This document shows, piece by piece, positions 1 to 11,723 of a DNA stretch of 52,775 nt. The stretch comes from Thermoplasmatota archaeon (lineage in GTDB: Archaea > Thermoplasmatota > JAKEGO01), in assembly GCA_028279595.1 (NCBI GenBank), contig JANQNK010000009.1, positions 1 to 52,775 of the forward strand, read 5' to 3'. A program made the position numbers and the translations under genes. Under the pieces are notes generated by a model. The model saw only the letters and a program-made list of their open reading frames with translations. It did no database searches and was not told where the DNA came from. Every line of letters begins with the position of its first letter. Positions within the stretch are counted from its first letter, which is position 1.

Positions 1-385
<385 letters not shown>

Positions 386-530
386 GCGGCCCAAGGCGAC
401 ATTAGGAACTTGCGTATGCGTCACATCAGTTTTCGATTGATGTCGATGGTCCAGCGTGAGCTACGTCCAAATTGGTATGTTCGCTCGAATAAATTCAAAT
501 AATGTGAATAAGCGTCCATTACAAGGATAC

Positions 531-558
531 AATAACCTTTTTATATACTCTATATAAA
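531..558 (+). promoter_or_regulatory. BRE/TATA promoter of the giant surface protein gene; TTTATATA-ctc-TATATAAA inverted repeat
   Basis: AATAACC followed by TTTTTATATA. 540-547 and 551-558 form a perfect 8-bp inverted repeat. SD-like GGAGTGA precedes ATG 662. Confidence 0.6.
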
Positions 559-661
559 GCATTGTCGGGACCGTGTTGGGGGACCGTCCATCCTTCAAGG
601 GTCCGTATAGGTGGCGGGACATCATGTGAGGCTCCGCTGCACGAAGCTAAGGAGTGAGAAG

Positions 662-3600
662 ATGCAGTATAATGTATCGAAGCGATCCATTGACCGCAGG
701 GTATTGAGTCTTGTTATCGCGTTCGTTCTGGTAGGAGCGTTCGCGATCATGATTGCGGGAACGTCATCGGCCCAGGTGAACATCGACGACGTCACCCCTA
801 CGCCCTCCGGATCGTACATAACGCCGGGAAGCTACGTGAACTACAACATCGTGATCCAGACCAACAGGACGAGCGGGGCTACTGACATATATGCCAACCT
901 GTCCGCTGGTGCGAACGCCTGGACCAACGTCCTCGACGGTTCGAGCACCTGGATGGGCGTCAATACGTCGACGCTGTTGATGACAACGCTCAACGTGACG
1001 GCTCCGGCAGGGGCCGAACCGGGTGACTCCCTCACCACGACGGTGACGGTGGAGTCGACCAACGGAACTGACATGTTCATCCAGGTCGAGACCATGGTCC
1101 AACTGCGAACCCCGGTCATCGATGTGCAGGGGACGGGCAACGGGTCTGGAGACCCCGGTGACCAGGTCTCGTTCCTGTACACGATAGAGAACCGGAACAA
1201 CAGGACCGAGAACTTCACGCTCAGCTACATCACTCCGGCTGGGCTAAGCGCCACAGGTGCACCATACCTTTCGATCGGGGCACTTGGCTCCTCAGGGATC
1301 TGGGTTTTCTACGACATCGACTCCGACGCGGAGACCGGCGTATATCATCCGACCCTCTACGCTAACATCAGCGCGGGTTCTGACCATGCACAGTTCAACG
1401 TAACCGTGGATCCCGTGTATTCATACAACCTCACGGTCGAGGATGCTACCCTCAGCACTGCACCAGACGAGTGGGCCGAGTACTCCCTCGAGCTCGTGAA
1501 CAACGGGAACGACGTCGTGGACTTCGACATCGAGACATCGTCGATATCACCCTGGACCGTTTCCATCGTACCTCTCAGTGGAACCCTGTTGCCCGCCGGC
1601 GACGTCAATATCTCCGTCAAGGTGAAGCCCCCCTCCAACGCGTCCGCGTTCTCCGACAAGATCCTCTGGGTCTATGCGGTACCGGAGGCTGGGAAGGGTT
1701 CCAACAGTTCGATCATCCTGACGACATCGGTCATCCAGGAGTTCGACGTATGGGTCTCAGGTTCGTCCCCGTCCGGTTCGACCCTTCCGGGCGAATGGGC
1801 GCAGACGGATGTCACCGTCAACAACGACGGGAACGGCGAGGACACCTTCGTCATGAACTCGACGCTGCCCGAGGGCTGGGAGGCCCAGTGGGTCCCTTCC
1901 GCCACACTGACCGTTGACGGTTTCAGCAACGATACGGTGACGATCAGGGTCTTCATTCCGCTCAACGAATCCTATGGACCGAAGAACATCTACGTGAACG
2001 CCACCTCAACGGGGAATGCGTCCGTGACCTCGCTCCAACTGCCTCTCTCGGTCTCGGTCGCCCAGCGCTATGACGTATCACTCGTCGGAGTGGGCGCATG
2101 GAGCAAGGACGCGCACGTCGAGACTGGCTCCGACACGCTACTGTTCAACATGACCGTGACCAACCTCGGCAACCGACGTACCGATATCTCATTGAACAAG
2201 ACGGACATCGATGCAACAGGATGGTCACCGGTGACCCTCAATCCAACGAGCATCAACCTCGACCCTGACGAGGAGGGCTCGGTCCAGTTGACGGTCAGGG
2301 TGCCGCTCATGGAGGATGCGGACGATTACACATGGAGGGTGGTTGCGACGAGCGGCACAGCGACATCCTCGGTCAATTTCATCGTCTCTGTCCAGGAGGT
2401 CCACGACTTGCAGATCAACTCGTTTGCATTGAACACCAGCATCTCAGAGCTCGATCCCGACGGCGACATCTACTTCGATCTAGAGGTCGAGAACATCGGC
2501 AATGTGGAGACCAGGGCGGAGTTCGCAGCCTACCTGCCGACCGACTGGTCGTTCTGGAACGCCAATCCATCGAACATTGTGCTCTCGAGGGGTTCGACCG
2601 GCATCTCACAGGTCCAGGTCGTGGCCTCGGACGAGGCCGACTCAGACACCACATACAACGTGACCGTCGAGACCTATCCAGCAGCAACATCAATCGTTAC
2701 GGACAGCGTGACAGCATTCTTCGATCTGAACCAGACCTTCGACACAAGGATAACCTTCATCGGCGACGATTCGATCCACGCATTCCCCGATACTGAGGTC
2801 CAATTCTCGATAGAGCTTCACAACGAGGGGACCGGCGAGGACGAGATCCAGATCGAGGTGATGAACCCGATCCTCGGGTGGACCTATGAGTTCAGTCCAT
2901 CGGACAGCCCCACGATAGCCCCCTACTCCAGCGCGAATTTGACACTGACGGTGACATCTCACGCCTCTACGTCCAAGGGGACATACAGTGTTGACCTCAA
3001 CGCAACCACTGGGCCGGGGGCAAGTGTCTACGATGACACGCAGTCGGCCGTCGTCATCATCGATCAGGTCTACGACCTCTCCCTGACATCTCCCACGCTG
3101 CAGCAGAGCTCGGAACCAGAGAACACCGTGGAGTACTACGTGAAGATCGAGAACAGGGGCACCGGTCAGGACACCTTCGTCATGGAGAAGGTCAATGACA
3201 CGCTTCCCATCCAGGCGACCATCATCCTCAGGAACACGACCCACACGCTCAACTCGTCCGATAGCGCGTGGAGCACACTCGAGATCGACATCCCCGAGAA
3301 GGAGGACATTGATGTCGGCTCATACTGGGTGAGATTGAAAGCTACATCAGACAACGGGACGCCGTTCAACACCGACGACGACATATCGAAGACGATCACA
3401 TTCACCCTCGTGATAGACCCGATCTACGAGATCTTCGTCGCCAGCAGCGACACATCGAAGTCCGCAAAACCGGGCAATTCCGTGTCATACAGCATGGACA
3501 TCACGAACATCGGCTCGGGATCGAGCCTCTTCTGGCTCAACAAGACAGGCGCTCAGAGGGAATGGGGTTCTAACTCTCCAACGTCATTCTTCCTCAACGC

Positions 3601-6600
3601 ATCCGACCAGCAGTCGGCCTATCTCAACGTCACGCTCCCCGATTGGAACGACATCCCGCCCACCGTCCAGAACGATGGCTATGTCGTCCTCGGGCTTCGC
3701 GTCACATGTCTGAACGATCCATCCGTGACTGACATAATCTTGTTCAACACCACGATCCTGCCACACTACGAACTCGAGGTCCAGCAGATCAATCCTAGGA
3801 CGGTCTTCCCTGGAGAAGCGGCGATATCCAACGTGACGATAACTAACAAAGGGTCGACCACGGACCGGTTCAACACCACATTCGACAGCATTCCGACCAA
3901 CTGGTACATCGACTTCGTGGATGTGAACGATTCGTCTGTCGAACTCGATGCGGACGAGAGCACTGTCATAGGCATCAGGGCAAATGTGCCAAATGACATG
4001 GACGATGCAGCAGAAGGATCATATTACATTGACGTCGAATTCGGGTCGGACGGTGCAGACATGGTCATCGAGACGGACATCATCCCCGTCATTGTCGACC
4101 AGTATCACGATGTCAGCCTGTTCACGGCCAGCTCCACCCAGTCCGGCGAGGCGGGGGAATCGTTCGATTTCGTCGTGAGGGTGACGAACGAGGGCAACGC
4201 CAACGACACGTATCTCATCGATCTCCAGGGAGATGTCGAGAACTGGGGGACCGCGAGAACGATGCCTGACGAGGGCGGTCAGCCAATGTCGTCATTGATG
4301 CTCGAACCGGAAGAACAGGCCTTCATATACATCTGGACGGAGATCCCGAACGATGAGGACCCCGGGGACTACTTCCTCGAATTGAACGTCAGTCATGACA
4401 GGAGACACGAGATACTGAACCTGACCGTCGAGGTCGAGGACACGTATGACATCGAGATAGATGCCTTTACGACATCGATCCCTGCCGATCCAGGCTCATT
4501 GGTCACGTTCAATTTGCGCATTAGGAACACCGGTACGGGGACCGACAGTTACACGTTCGACCTCGATGACGAGATGGCAGGCTGGTCATTCGAAGGTAAC
4601 TCCACTGACATCTACGATCGTCCGGTGGACGATCCCAACAGGACACGGCTGACCACCCTCGGACCGATGTTAACGAACGAGGTCATGATCGTATATCTGA
4701 CCGTGGCCGTCCCCGAGAAGATCGGTGGGGAGCTCGTGACCCCCGGTATCCATTATATCAACGTAACGGGGGAGTCCGAGAACGCATTTGATAAGACAGA
4801 CACGGTCTCCCTGAGAGTCGATGTCGGATATCAATACGATTTCACGATCTCCGGACATGAGCGGAGGGAGGTCGACCCCGGCAGCAACACGACGTTCACG
4901 ATAACCATCGAGAATGACGGGAATGACGACGATACCTATGGCATCCAGATCGTCCTGAACGAGGGCGGGGACGACTGGTCGTTCGGTATGCCCAGCCATG
5001 TGACCGTCAATGAGAGCTCATTCCAGAACTTCGACATAGACGTCAGCGTACCAGAAGACGCAGAAGCGCTGGAATACACCATGATACTGAGGGTCAGGTC
5101 CCAGAGCAACACGGACCTTTACGAGGACTTCAACTTCACCGTTGCCGTGAACACCGTATACGATATCGAACTTCAATCCCCGGCCGACACCAAGACCGGT
5201 CGTTTCGACAGGAACCTTACGTTCCAGTTGAACGTGGAGAACAAAGGGAACGGGGAAGACACCGTACATCTGTATGTGTCCTCCGGTAAACTCGCCGGAT
5301 ATGTCTACTTCACCCATGGCGACACGAAGAACGTGGACGAGATCGATATCATCCTCGAGAATGCAAGCGTCATAAAATCGGTGAACGTGACCGTAAGGGT
5401 CCCAAACAGGGACACCATCAACGACCTCTATGGGTCAGACACGATACCAAGCGACCGGTTCACGGTAAAGGGCAATTCCTACAATGACGAGGACAAGGTC
5501 GACAATATCAATCTGACCGTCGAGTTCAGGGCGGTCTACGACTTCGATATCATCGAGACGGTGGACAATATAGACGTCGACGCTAATAGCGTCAATGACG
5601 CTGAACTGGAGTTCGAGATCCAGAACGAAGGGACACGGACCGACTCCTACACAATACTCAGATTGTCCAGCCCCCAGAAGATGAGCGTCGATATCGACTA
5701 CGGGGGTCAGCAGATAGAACCTGGAGGTTCCAGAACAGTGGACGTAACGGTAACCCTTCCGGCCAACGATAGGGATATCGTTTCCGGATCATATCAGATC
5801 GAGATCGAGGTGACATCCCGGTTTGATGACGACGTGGTACAGACATTCTTCCTCAACTTCAATATCGAGGAATTCTCCATCGAGTTCGAACTCCAGCCTC
5901 TGGATACGAACATCAACTGGAACCCGGACCCGGACGAGGGAACGGACGATGTTGAATTCAACTTCCGGATCAAGAACATCGGAACCAGAGACGACAGATA
6001 CACCATCGATGTCGTCTCCAATCCATTCCCTGGCAAGGTATCGTTCGCGACGACCGGCTACACGGGAGCTATGATACCCAACAGGACCGGGACGGTCGAT
6101 GTAACGACAACGATGAGCCGGACCGGCCAGCCGAAGGATATCGAGGCGGGTTACCACGAGCTCATCATCGACGTCCTGTCGAACGGGAACACCACGATCG
6201 TTGAGTCGATAACCATGGGCCTCACCGTCGAGCAGTTCTACGACCTGGACCTGAACATCGACCAGAACTCCAAGGACGTTAAGGTCGAGGAGATGACCGA
6301 GTTCGAGATCAACGCGATCAACAGGGGCAATGGCGACGACTCCTTTGACATCTCCACGGCGCAGGTCGATCCTGTCAACGACTGGTATATGTTCGTGAGA
6401 GGTGCAGATATGGGATCGAGCCTCCAGAACGTTCACCTCGGCCACGACACCGAGGTCACCGTGAAGCTGCAGATAACTCCTGACAGCGATGAGGTCCTCG
6501 ACGAGTTCGACGCCGCCGATGACAACGAGATCATGTTCGAGTTCATGCTCGTCTCTGACGACGGGACGACATTCCCATTCACAGGCGCGGATGAAAGGAT

Positions 6601-9175
6601 ATATGCGACCATCATCGATCTCTACAGATTCGAATTGGACCTTCCACCGCAGCTCAAGCAGACCATCACAGACCCGAAACAGGGTGAGGACGTCGAGTTC
6701 GAAATTACGGTGAGGAACACCGGCATCTCCGAAGATAAATACAGTGTCAACTACAATACGAACAACAGTTTCATCGAAATAAGCCACAGCTTCGATAGAA
6801 GCGGAATGATCGAAGATAGTGTCAGGCTGACAGTTACGATAGAGATGGACATCGATGATACGAAGCACGAACTCTGGCGTATCCCGGCTGCTGATTATGA
6901 GATCCCCGTCACTATCAAGTCGCAGGAGGATCAGATCCAGAGGGAGACCTTCACTCTCACCGTCGGCATCGACCGGAAGGCGGACCTCGAGGAGGAACGG
7001 CTTGATAGCGATTCATCAGTTGAAATGGGCGGGAACACGACATACACTTTCAAGATAACGAACTATGGGAATACCGTGGACACGGCAAAGGTCAGACTGA
7101 CAGACAATGAATTCCTGAGATACGGCACCCTGGTCTGGATCGACAATCAGGGTGTGGAGAAATACGGCAAGTCGATCAATGTCCCGATCAAGAGAGGACA
7201 GGACGAACTGATCGACTACATCGTCCGGGGCGACAAGGACTTTATTCAGGAAAATCAGATCCAGGAGATATCCGAACGGATCGAGATCGTCTCGAGCATA
7301 GACTCGAACGAAAGGATCACAATAGATTTCAACACCGAGGTCGAGGAGCAGGATTACGCTGTCGCGGTCGATTTCGCATCGACCATGGTTCAGGTAACCC
7401 CCGATGAGGATGACCACAACGGGACCCTGCCATTCGAGATCGAGAACATTGGCGACAATCCGGACGACATCGAGATCCGAATATACGAGACCCCCGACCT
7501 GGAGGATTCGAACAAATATCCCGGTGACATAACATGGGTCAGATTGAGGACCGGCTCGATCATCGCAGGAGCGTCAATGGTAATCGAGGACATGCCCGTC
7601 GGGGACCCGCAGACTGTCTACATCGATTTCGACGTCGGGACCATCCCGGTGGATGCAGAGGAGGGTGATTACTCCTACATGGTCCAGATAGAATCCAAGG
7701 GCGGTGGTCCCGCCGACCTTCTGTCCAAGGCATGGCAGAACATCACCCTGTCAGTGGAAATGACCTCCAAATTCGATATGAACATCGACCTAACCAGCGC
7801 CGAGATAGATCCTACCGGCCTTGACAAGTCGGACGAGGTCGAGGTTCCCATAACGATCCACAACGAGGGAAACTTCGAGGACATCTTCAGGGTGCAGACC
7901 CTCGGTCTTTCCTCCGACCTCGACGTCAGCTTCTCCAACAGAGGTGACCCGGCGACCTTCCAGATCGATCCTGACCAGGAGGAGATCATCACCATGATCG
8001 TCACTGCCGACGAGGATGCAAGGGAGGATGTTCACACATTCCAGATCCGAATCTCCTCCTCCGAGGGCGGTGTTTCGCGGACAGAATCGTTCGAGGTGAC
8101 AGTCCTCGCCGCAAACATCCGGATAAGCAAGCACGACATCAAGTTCGACAGGCATCCACGATCCCTCGATGAAGGCGAGAACGTCAACGTGGAGGTAAGG
8201 GTCTGGAACAATGGTTCCGGTCCGATCACAGACCTCGAGGTCAGGTTCCTTGAAGGCGGCATAGTCAGGGAATCCTACACGATCCAGGAGATCGGTGCGA
8301 GCCGATTCCGTGATATCACCTTCTACTGGGAGGACATTCCCGGTGGTGCCCAGGTAATTCGCATACAGACCACCGGAGCACAACCCATCGAGCTCAATGT
8401 GGCAAAGGATGTGACCGTCTACACCGATGACGACGACGATGGCGGATGGGGCCTTCCTGCAATGGAGTTCGACGCGAACGCGGCCGGCATCCTGGCCGGC
8501 ATCATCGCGGGAATATTGATCGGCCTATTGATCCTGCTCATTGTTGCCGGAAGACCGGCGGACAAGGAGGAAGAGAAACCCGGCACCCCACCGAGGGCAC
8601 CGATGCGACCGATGGGTGGTCCAATACCGCCGTCGAGGACGGCCCAGAAGATACCGATCGAACCGCCGACTCCTGCTGATTCACGGGTACCCGAGGACCC
8701 GGAACGGCTCCCACCGTGGGAGGACGAACGCGACCTGCCCCCGCCCCCGCCGGGATGGGCAGGGACAGCCGATGACGGGGGACCGAAACCTGACGAGGAA
8801 CCCTCACCCGAGGAGGAGCCTGGACCCGATGATGGCCCTCCTGAGGACATGGACGCTCCCGCGAAACCGCCGCTAGAGAGACAGGAGCCTGACGTCGAAG
8901 GCGCACCTTACCCTGACGACATCGGAGAGATCGACGATGAGCCAGCCGATTGGGACAGCATCATGGGCATGGTGGACGAGGTCTCCACACCGATCGATTC
9001 CCCTGAACCCGCTCCGGCTCCAAGACCGCCTGCCAGGGCCGCTCCGCCCGGGAAGGTCAGGATGACCCGAAAGCCAAAGAAGGTCGTCAAGCGCAAGAAG
9101 ATCAAGAAGAAGGTGGTCAAGAGGGTGAATCCTCCCGTCGAGGACGACGGCCTCGGCGACGACCAACTGCTCTGA
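662..9175 (+). CDS. Giant cell-surface protein (~2837 aa): signal peptide, ~22 tandem Ig-like (NEW3/CARDB-like) domains, C-terminal TM helix, Pro/acidic and Lys-rich cytoplasmic tail
   Basis: Hydrophobic N-terminus ending SSA-Q. Recurring motif hxhxhxNxG(N/T)xxDx(F/Y) about every 110-130 aa. Many NxS/T sequons. TM AAGILAGIIAGILIGLLILLIVAG. ATG 662 chosen for its SD. Confidence 0.9.
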   Translation: MQYNVSKRSIDRRVLSLVIAFVLVGAFAIMIAGTSSAQVNIDDVTPTPSGSYITPGSYVNYNIVIQTNRTSGATDIYANLSAGANAWTNVLDGSSTWMGVNTSTLLMTTLNVTAPAGAEPGDSLTTTVTVESTNGTDMFIQVETMVQLRTPVIDVQGTGNGSGDPGDQVSFLYTIENRNNRTENFTLSYITPAGLSATGAPYLSIGALGSSGIWVFYDIDSDAETGVYHPTLYANISAGSDHAQFNVTVDPVYSYNLTVEDATLSTAPDEWAEYSLELVNNGNDVVDFDIETSSISPWTVSIVPLSGTLLPAGDVNISVKVKPPSNASAFSDKILWVYAVPEAGKGSNSSIILTTSVIQEFDVWVSGSSPSGSTLPGEWAQTDVTVNNDGNGEDTFVMNSTLPEGWEAQWVPSATLTVDGFSNDTVTIRVFIPLNESYGPKNIYVNATSTGNASVTSLQLPLSVSVAQRYDVSLVGVGAWSKDAHVETGSDTLLFNMTVTNLGNRRTDISLNKTDIDATGWSPVTLNPTSINLDPDEEGSVQLTVRVPLMEDADDYTWRVVATSGTATSSVNFIVSVQEVHDLQINSFALNTSISELDPDGDIYFDLEVENIGNVETRAEFAAYLPTDWSFWNANPSNIVLSRGSTGISQVQVVASDEADSDTTYNVTVETYPAATSIVTDSVTAFFDLNQTFDTRITFIGDDSIHAFPDTEVQFSIELHNEGTGEDEIQIEVMNPILGWTYEFSPSDSPTIAPYSSANLTLTVTSHASTSKGTYSVDLNATTGPGASVYDDTQSAVVIIDQVYDLSLTSPTLQQSSEPENTVEYYVKIENRGTGQDTFVMEKVNDTLPIQATIILRNTTHTLNSSDSAWSTLEIDIPEKEDIDVGSYWVRLKATSDNGTPFNTDDDISKTITFTLVIDPIYEIFVASSDTSKSAKPGNSVSYSMDITNIGSGSSLFWLNKTGAQREWGSNSPTSFFLNASDQQSAYLNVTLPDWNDIPPTVQNDGYVVLGLRVTCLNDPSVTDIILFNTTILPHYELEVQQINPRTVFPGEAAISNVTITNKGSTTDRFNTTFDSIPTNWYIDFVDVNDSSVELDADESTVIGIRANVPNDMDDAAEGSYYIDVEFGSDGADMVIETDIIPVIVDQYHDVSLFTASSTQSGEAGESFDFVVRVTNEGNANDTYLIDLQGDVENWGTARTMPDEGGQPMSSLMLEPEEQAFIYIWTEIPNDEDPGDYFLELNVSHDRRHEILNLTVEVEDTYDIEIDAFTTSIPADPGSLVTFNLRIRNTGTGTDSYTFDLDDEMAGWSFEGNSTDIYDRPVDDPNRTRLTTLGPMLTNEVMIVYLTVAVPEKIGGELVTPGIHYINVTGESENAFDKTDTVSLRVDVGYQYDFTISGHERREVDPGSNTTFTITIENDGNDDDTYGIQIVLNEGGDDWSFGMPSHVTVNESSFQNFDIDVSVPEDAEALEYTMILRVRSQSNTDLYEDFNFTVAVNTVYDIELQSPADTKTGRFDRNLTFQLNVENKGNGEDTVHLYVSSGKLAGYVYFTHGDTKNVDEIDIILENASVIKSVNVTVRVPNRDTINDLYGSDTIPSDRFTVKGNSYNDEDKVDNINLTVEFRAVYDFDIIETVDNIDVDANSVNDAELEFEIQNEGTRTDSYTILRLSSPQKMSVDIDYGGQQIEPGGSRTVDVTVTLPANDRDIVSGSYQIEIEVTSRFDDDVVQTFFLNFNIEEFSIEFELQPLDTNINWNPDPDEGTDDVEFNFRIKNIGTRDDRYTIDVVSNPFPGKVSFATTGYTGAMIPNRTGTVDVTTTMSRTGQPKDIEAGYHELIIDVLSNGNTTIVESITMGLTVEQFYDLDLNIDQNSKDVKVEEMTEFEINAINRGNGDDSFDISTAQVDPVNDWYMFVRGADMGSSLQNVHLGHDTEVTVKLQITPDSDEVLDEFDAADDNEIMFEFMLVSDDGTTFPFTGADERIYATIIDLYRFELDLPPQLKQTITDPKQGEDVEFEITVRNTGISEDKYSVNYNTNNSFIEISHSFDRSGMIEDSVRLTVTIEMDIDDTKHELWRIPAADYEIPVTIKSQEDQIQRETFTLTVGIDRKADLEEERLDSDSSVEMGGNTTYTFKITNYGNTVDTAKVRLTDNEFLRYGTLVWIDNQGVEKYGKSINVPIKRGQDELIDYIVRGDKDFIQENQIQEISERIEIVSSIDSNERITIDFNTEVEEQDYAVAVDFASTMVQVTPDEDDHNGTLPFEIENIGDNPDDIEIRIYETPDLEDSNKYPGDITWVRLRTGSIIAGASMVIEDMPVGDPQTVYIDFDVGTIPVDAEEGDYSYMVQIESKGGGPADLLSKAWQNITLSVEMTSKFDMNIDLTSAEIDPTGLDKSDEVEVPITIHNEGNFEDIFRVQTLGLSSDLDVSFSNRGDPATFQIDPDQEEIITMIVTADEDAREDVHTFQIRISSSEGGVSRTESFEVTVLAANIRISKHDIKFDRHPRSLDEGENVNVEVRVWNNGSGPITDLEVRFLEGGIVRESYTIQEIGASRFRDITFYWEDIPGGAQVIRIQTTGAQPIELNVAKDVTVYTDDDDDGGWGLPAMEFDANAAGILAGIIAGILIGLLILLIVAGRPADKEEEKPGTPPRAPMRPMGGPIPPSRTAQKIPIEPPTPADSRVPEDPERLPPWEDERDLPPPPPGWAGTADDGGPKPDEEPSPEEEPGPDDGPPEDMDAPAKPPLERQEPDVEGAPYPDDIGEIDDEPADWDSIMGMVDEVSTPIDSPEPAPAPRPPARAAPPGKVRMTRKPKKVVKRKKIKKKVVKRVNPPVEDDGLGDDQLL

Positions 9176-9273
9176 AGTAACCCAACCCAGCCGGTTTGAA
9201 CCTGTGAATCACAGCGTCGTCTCTCAAAAACCTTTAAACCCTTGCCCATTATCACGGAGCGGTGACACCCAAA

Positions 9274-10137
9274 ATGAAAGCAGATGATATTGTCAAGATC
9301 GGAGTGGTCGGCGCCGGAACTATGGGCAACGGCATCGCCCAGGTCGCTGCGGCGTCGGGCTACGAGGTCGTCATGGCCGACATCAAGGAGGAGTTCGTCG
9401 AGAAGGGAATGGCTGCAATTAGCAAGTCCCTCGACAGGCTCGTCAAGAAGGAGAAGATCACAGGAGAGGAGAAGGACGCAATACTTGGACGGGTCCACGG
9501 CACCGTCGACCTGAATGACATGGCGGACTGTCAGTTAGTGGTCGAGGCGGTCCTCGAGAACCTGGACATCAAGAAGCACGTCTTCGCCGAGCTGAACACC
9601 ATATGCCCGCCGGAGACGATATTCGCATCGAACACCTCTTCGATATCCATCACATCCATCGCTGTAGCGACCGGAAGACCCGACCAGTTCATCGGCATGC
9701 ACTTCATGAACCCGGTGCCGATGATGAAGCTAGTCGAGGTCATCCGCGGACTCGGGACGTCGGACGAGACGACCCAGGTCATCTGCGAGACCGCGGAGAG
9801 GATGGGAAAGACAACCGCGATGTCGAACGACTATCCGGGATTCATCGCGAACAGGATACTCATGCCGATGATCAACGAGGCGATCTACTGCCTCATGGAG
9901 GGAGTTGGCACACCAGAGGACATCGATACCGTCATGAAGCTGGGAATGGCCCATCCAATGGGCCCGCTGACCCTCGCGGACCTGATCGGGCTCGACATCG
10001 TCCTCGCCATCATGGAGGTCCTCCACGACGGCCTCGGTGATTCGAAGTACAGGCCGTGCCCGCTCCTGCGGAACATGGTCGCGGCCGGATACCTCGGACG
10101 CAAGTCCGGCAAGGGATTCTACGATTACGGGGAGTGA
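9274..10137 (+). CDS. hbd: 3-hydroxybutyryl-CoA (3-hydroxyacyl-CoA) dehydrogenase
   Basis: [16 protein letters not shown]-binding motif, [43 protein letters not shown]. Confidence 0.95.
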   Translation: MKADDIVKIGVVGAGTMGNGIAQVAAASGYEVVMADIKEEFVEKGMAAISKSLDRLVKKEKITGEEKDAILGRVHGTVDLNDMADCQLVVEAVLENLDIKKHVFAELNTICPPETIFASNTSSISITSIAVATGRPDQFIGMHFMNPVPMMKLVEVIRGLGTSDETTQVICETAERMGKTTAMSNDYPGFIANRILMPMINEAIYCLMEGVGTPEDIDTVMKLGMAHPMGPLTLADLIGLDIVLAIMEVLHDGLGDSKYRPCPLLRNMVAAGYLGRKSGKGFYDYGE

Positions 10138-10142
10138 ATCGA

Positions 10143-10934
10143 ATGACATGCGGATCTGAACAAGAGTTCGTGAAGACCGAGATAGCGGAAAGGATAGCGA
10201 CCGTCACCATCGACAGGGAGGCGGCTCTCAACGCGCTGAACAGCGATGTGCTCGGCGAGCTGGAGTGCACCTTCTACGGCCTGAACATGGACGAGAACGT
10301 CGACGTCATCGTCCTGACAGGCGCGGGGCGCTCGTTCGTCGCCGGTGCCGACATCGCCGAGATGTCCAAGCTCAGCCCGATGGAGGCGAAGGCCTTCGCT
10401 TCGAAGGGGCAGCGCGTCTTCGACCTCATCGAGAAGGGGCCAAAGCCGGTCATCGCTGCTGTCAACGGATTCGCGCTCGGCGGAGGTACGGAGATCGCCA
10501 TGTCCTGCGACATCAGGATAGCCAGCGAGAAGGCGAAGTTCGGACAGCCAGAGGTCGGTCTGGGCGTTCCCCCCGGGTTCGGTGGGACACAGAGACTGCC
10601 TCGACTGGTCGGCCGCGGAGCGGCGAAGATGCTCATATACACAGGAGACATCATCGGCGCTGACGAGGCTCTCAGGATCGGACTGGTCCAGAAGGTCGTC
10701 CCGCCAGAGGAACTCATGGACACCGCCATGGAACTCGCGAAGAACATCGCGACCAAGGGACAGGTCTCCGTCCGTCTGGCGAAGGAGCTCATCGACCGCG
10801 GTATGGACATCGATCTCCGGGCAGGACTCGAGCTCGAGGCCGATGGATTCGCCCTCTGCTTCTCCACGGAGGATCAGACCGAGGGGATGTCCGCTTTCCT
10901 CGAGAAGAGGAAGCCGGACTTCAAGGGCGAGTGA
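10143..10934 (+). CDS. crt: Enoyl-CoA hydratase (crotonase)
   Basis: FVAGADI, AAVNGFALGGGTE, FGQPEVGLG, PGFGGTQRLPRLVG, AFLEKRKP. SD GGAGTGA precedes ATG 10143. Directly follows hbd. Confidence 0.95.
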   Translation: MTCGSEQEFVKTEIAERIATVTIDREAALNALNSDVLGELECTFYGLNMDENVDVIVLTGAGRSFVAGADIAEMSKLSPMEAKAFASKGQRVFDLIEKGPKPVIAAVNGFALGGGTEIAMSCDIRIASEKAKFGQPEVGLGVPPGFGGTQRLPRLVGRGAAKMLIYTGDIIGADEALRIGLVQKVVPPEELMDTAMELAKNIATKGQVSVRLAKELIDRGMDIDLRAGLELEADGFALCFSTEDQTEGMSAFLEKRKPDFKGE

Positions 10935-10994
10935 GCATCTGGAGCATTCATTTCAACCCACAACGTTGAAATAAGCCAGCCTCGATTCAGCCCC

Positions 10995-11723
10995 ATGACG
11001 GGGACCAAGAAATTCCTAGAGAGCGACAGGAACTGGGGACTCGTAGGTATCATTCTGGACACTCTCAAGGAGAACGGTCTATATACAGAGTTCGTTGTGA
11101 AGGATTGCGACCTCGATTCCTTTCTGGAATTCTGGTCCCGGACGACCTCCAATATCGGTTTCGAGAATCACAGGGATTCGAAGACCCCCGACCACGCCAG
11201 CCGTATAGACATCCTTGGTAGCAAGCTCAAGACCACACTTTTCGGCATGCTTCCCGGGGGACAATTCCTGAGGTCCGGAACGAGGATCGGGGCCGAACTG
11301 AACATAGTACGTGACGAAGGCGACATCGCCGTCAATCTGATGGTGATCCCCTACATGAACCTCATCGACGATCGCGAGGCCCTTTTCGCTAGCCAGGGGA
11401 TCGTGGAACGATTGACGGACAATGCCTATTGTCGCGAGACGTTCGCGAAGCTCGAGCGGAAGATACACAAGTCCGAATTCACCGTGGAGTTCGGGATCCC
11501 GGACGAGGTCAAGGCCAGGGTCAGGGAATCGATGTTCGCCTACGATCCCAAGGCGAATGCATATACATTGAACCAGGACGTCTCCTGCACCCATTGCGGA
11601 TACGAGTTCGGTGCCTTCCTGTGGATCGACACCCAGACGCAGGAGACGACGAGCACCAAGTGCCCGAACTGTGCCAAAAGCTTCGATGTGACGATCGACA
11701 GGTCGAGTGAAGCAAATGAATGA
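10995..11723 (+). CDS. Hypothetical protein with C-terminal zinc ribbon
   Basis: CTHC...CPNC pair at the C-terminus. Stop overlaps the start of the SET gene. Confidence 0.75.
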   Translation: MTGTKKFLESDRNWGLVGIILDTLKENGLYTEFVVKDCDLDSFLEFWSRTTSNIGFENHRDSKTPDHASRIDILGSKLKTTLFGMLPGGQFLRSGTRIGAELNIVRDEGDIAVNLMVIPYMNLIDDREALFASQGIVERLTDNAYCRETFAKLERKIHKSEFTVEFGIPDEVKARVRESMFAYDPKANAYTLNQDVSCTHCGYEFGAFLWIDTQTQETTSTKCPNCAKSFDVTIDRSSEANE

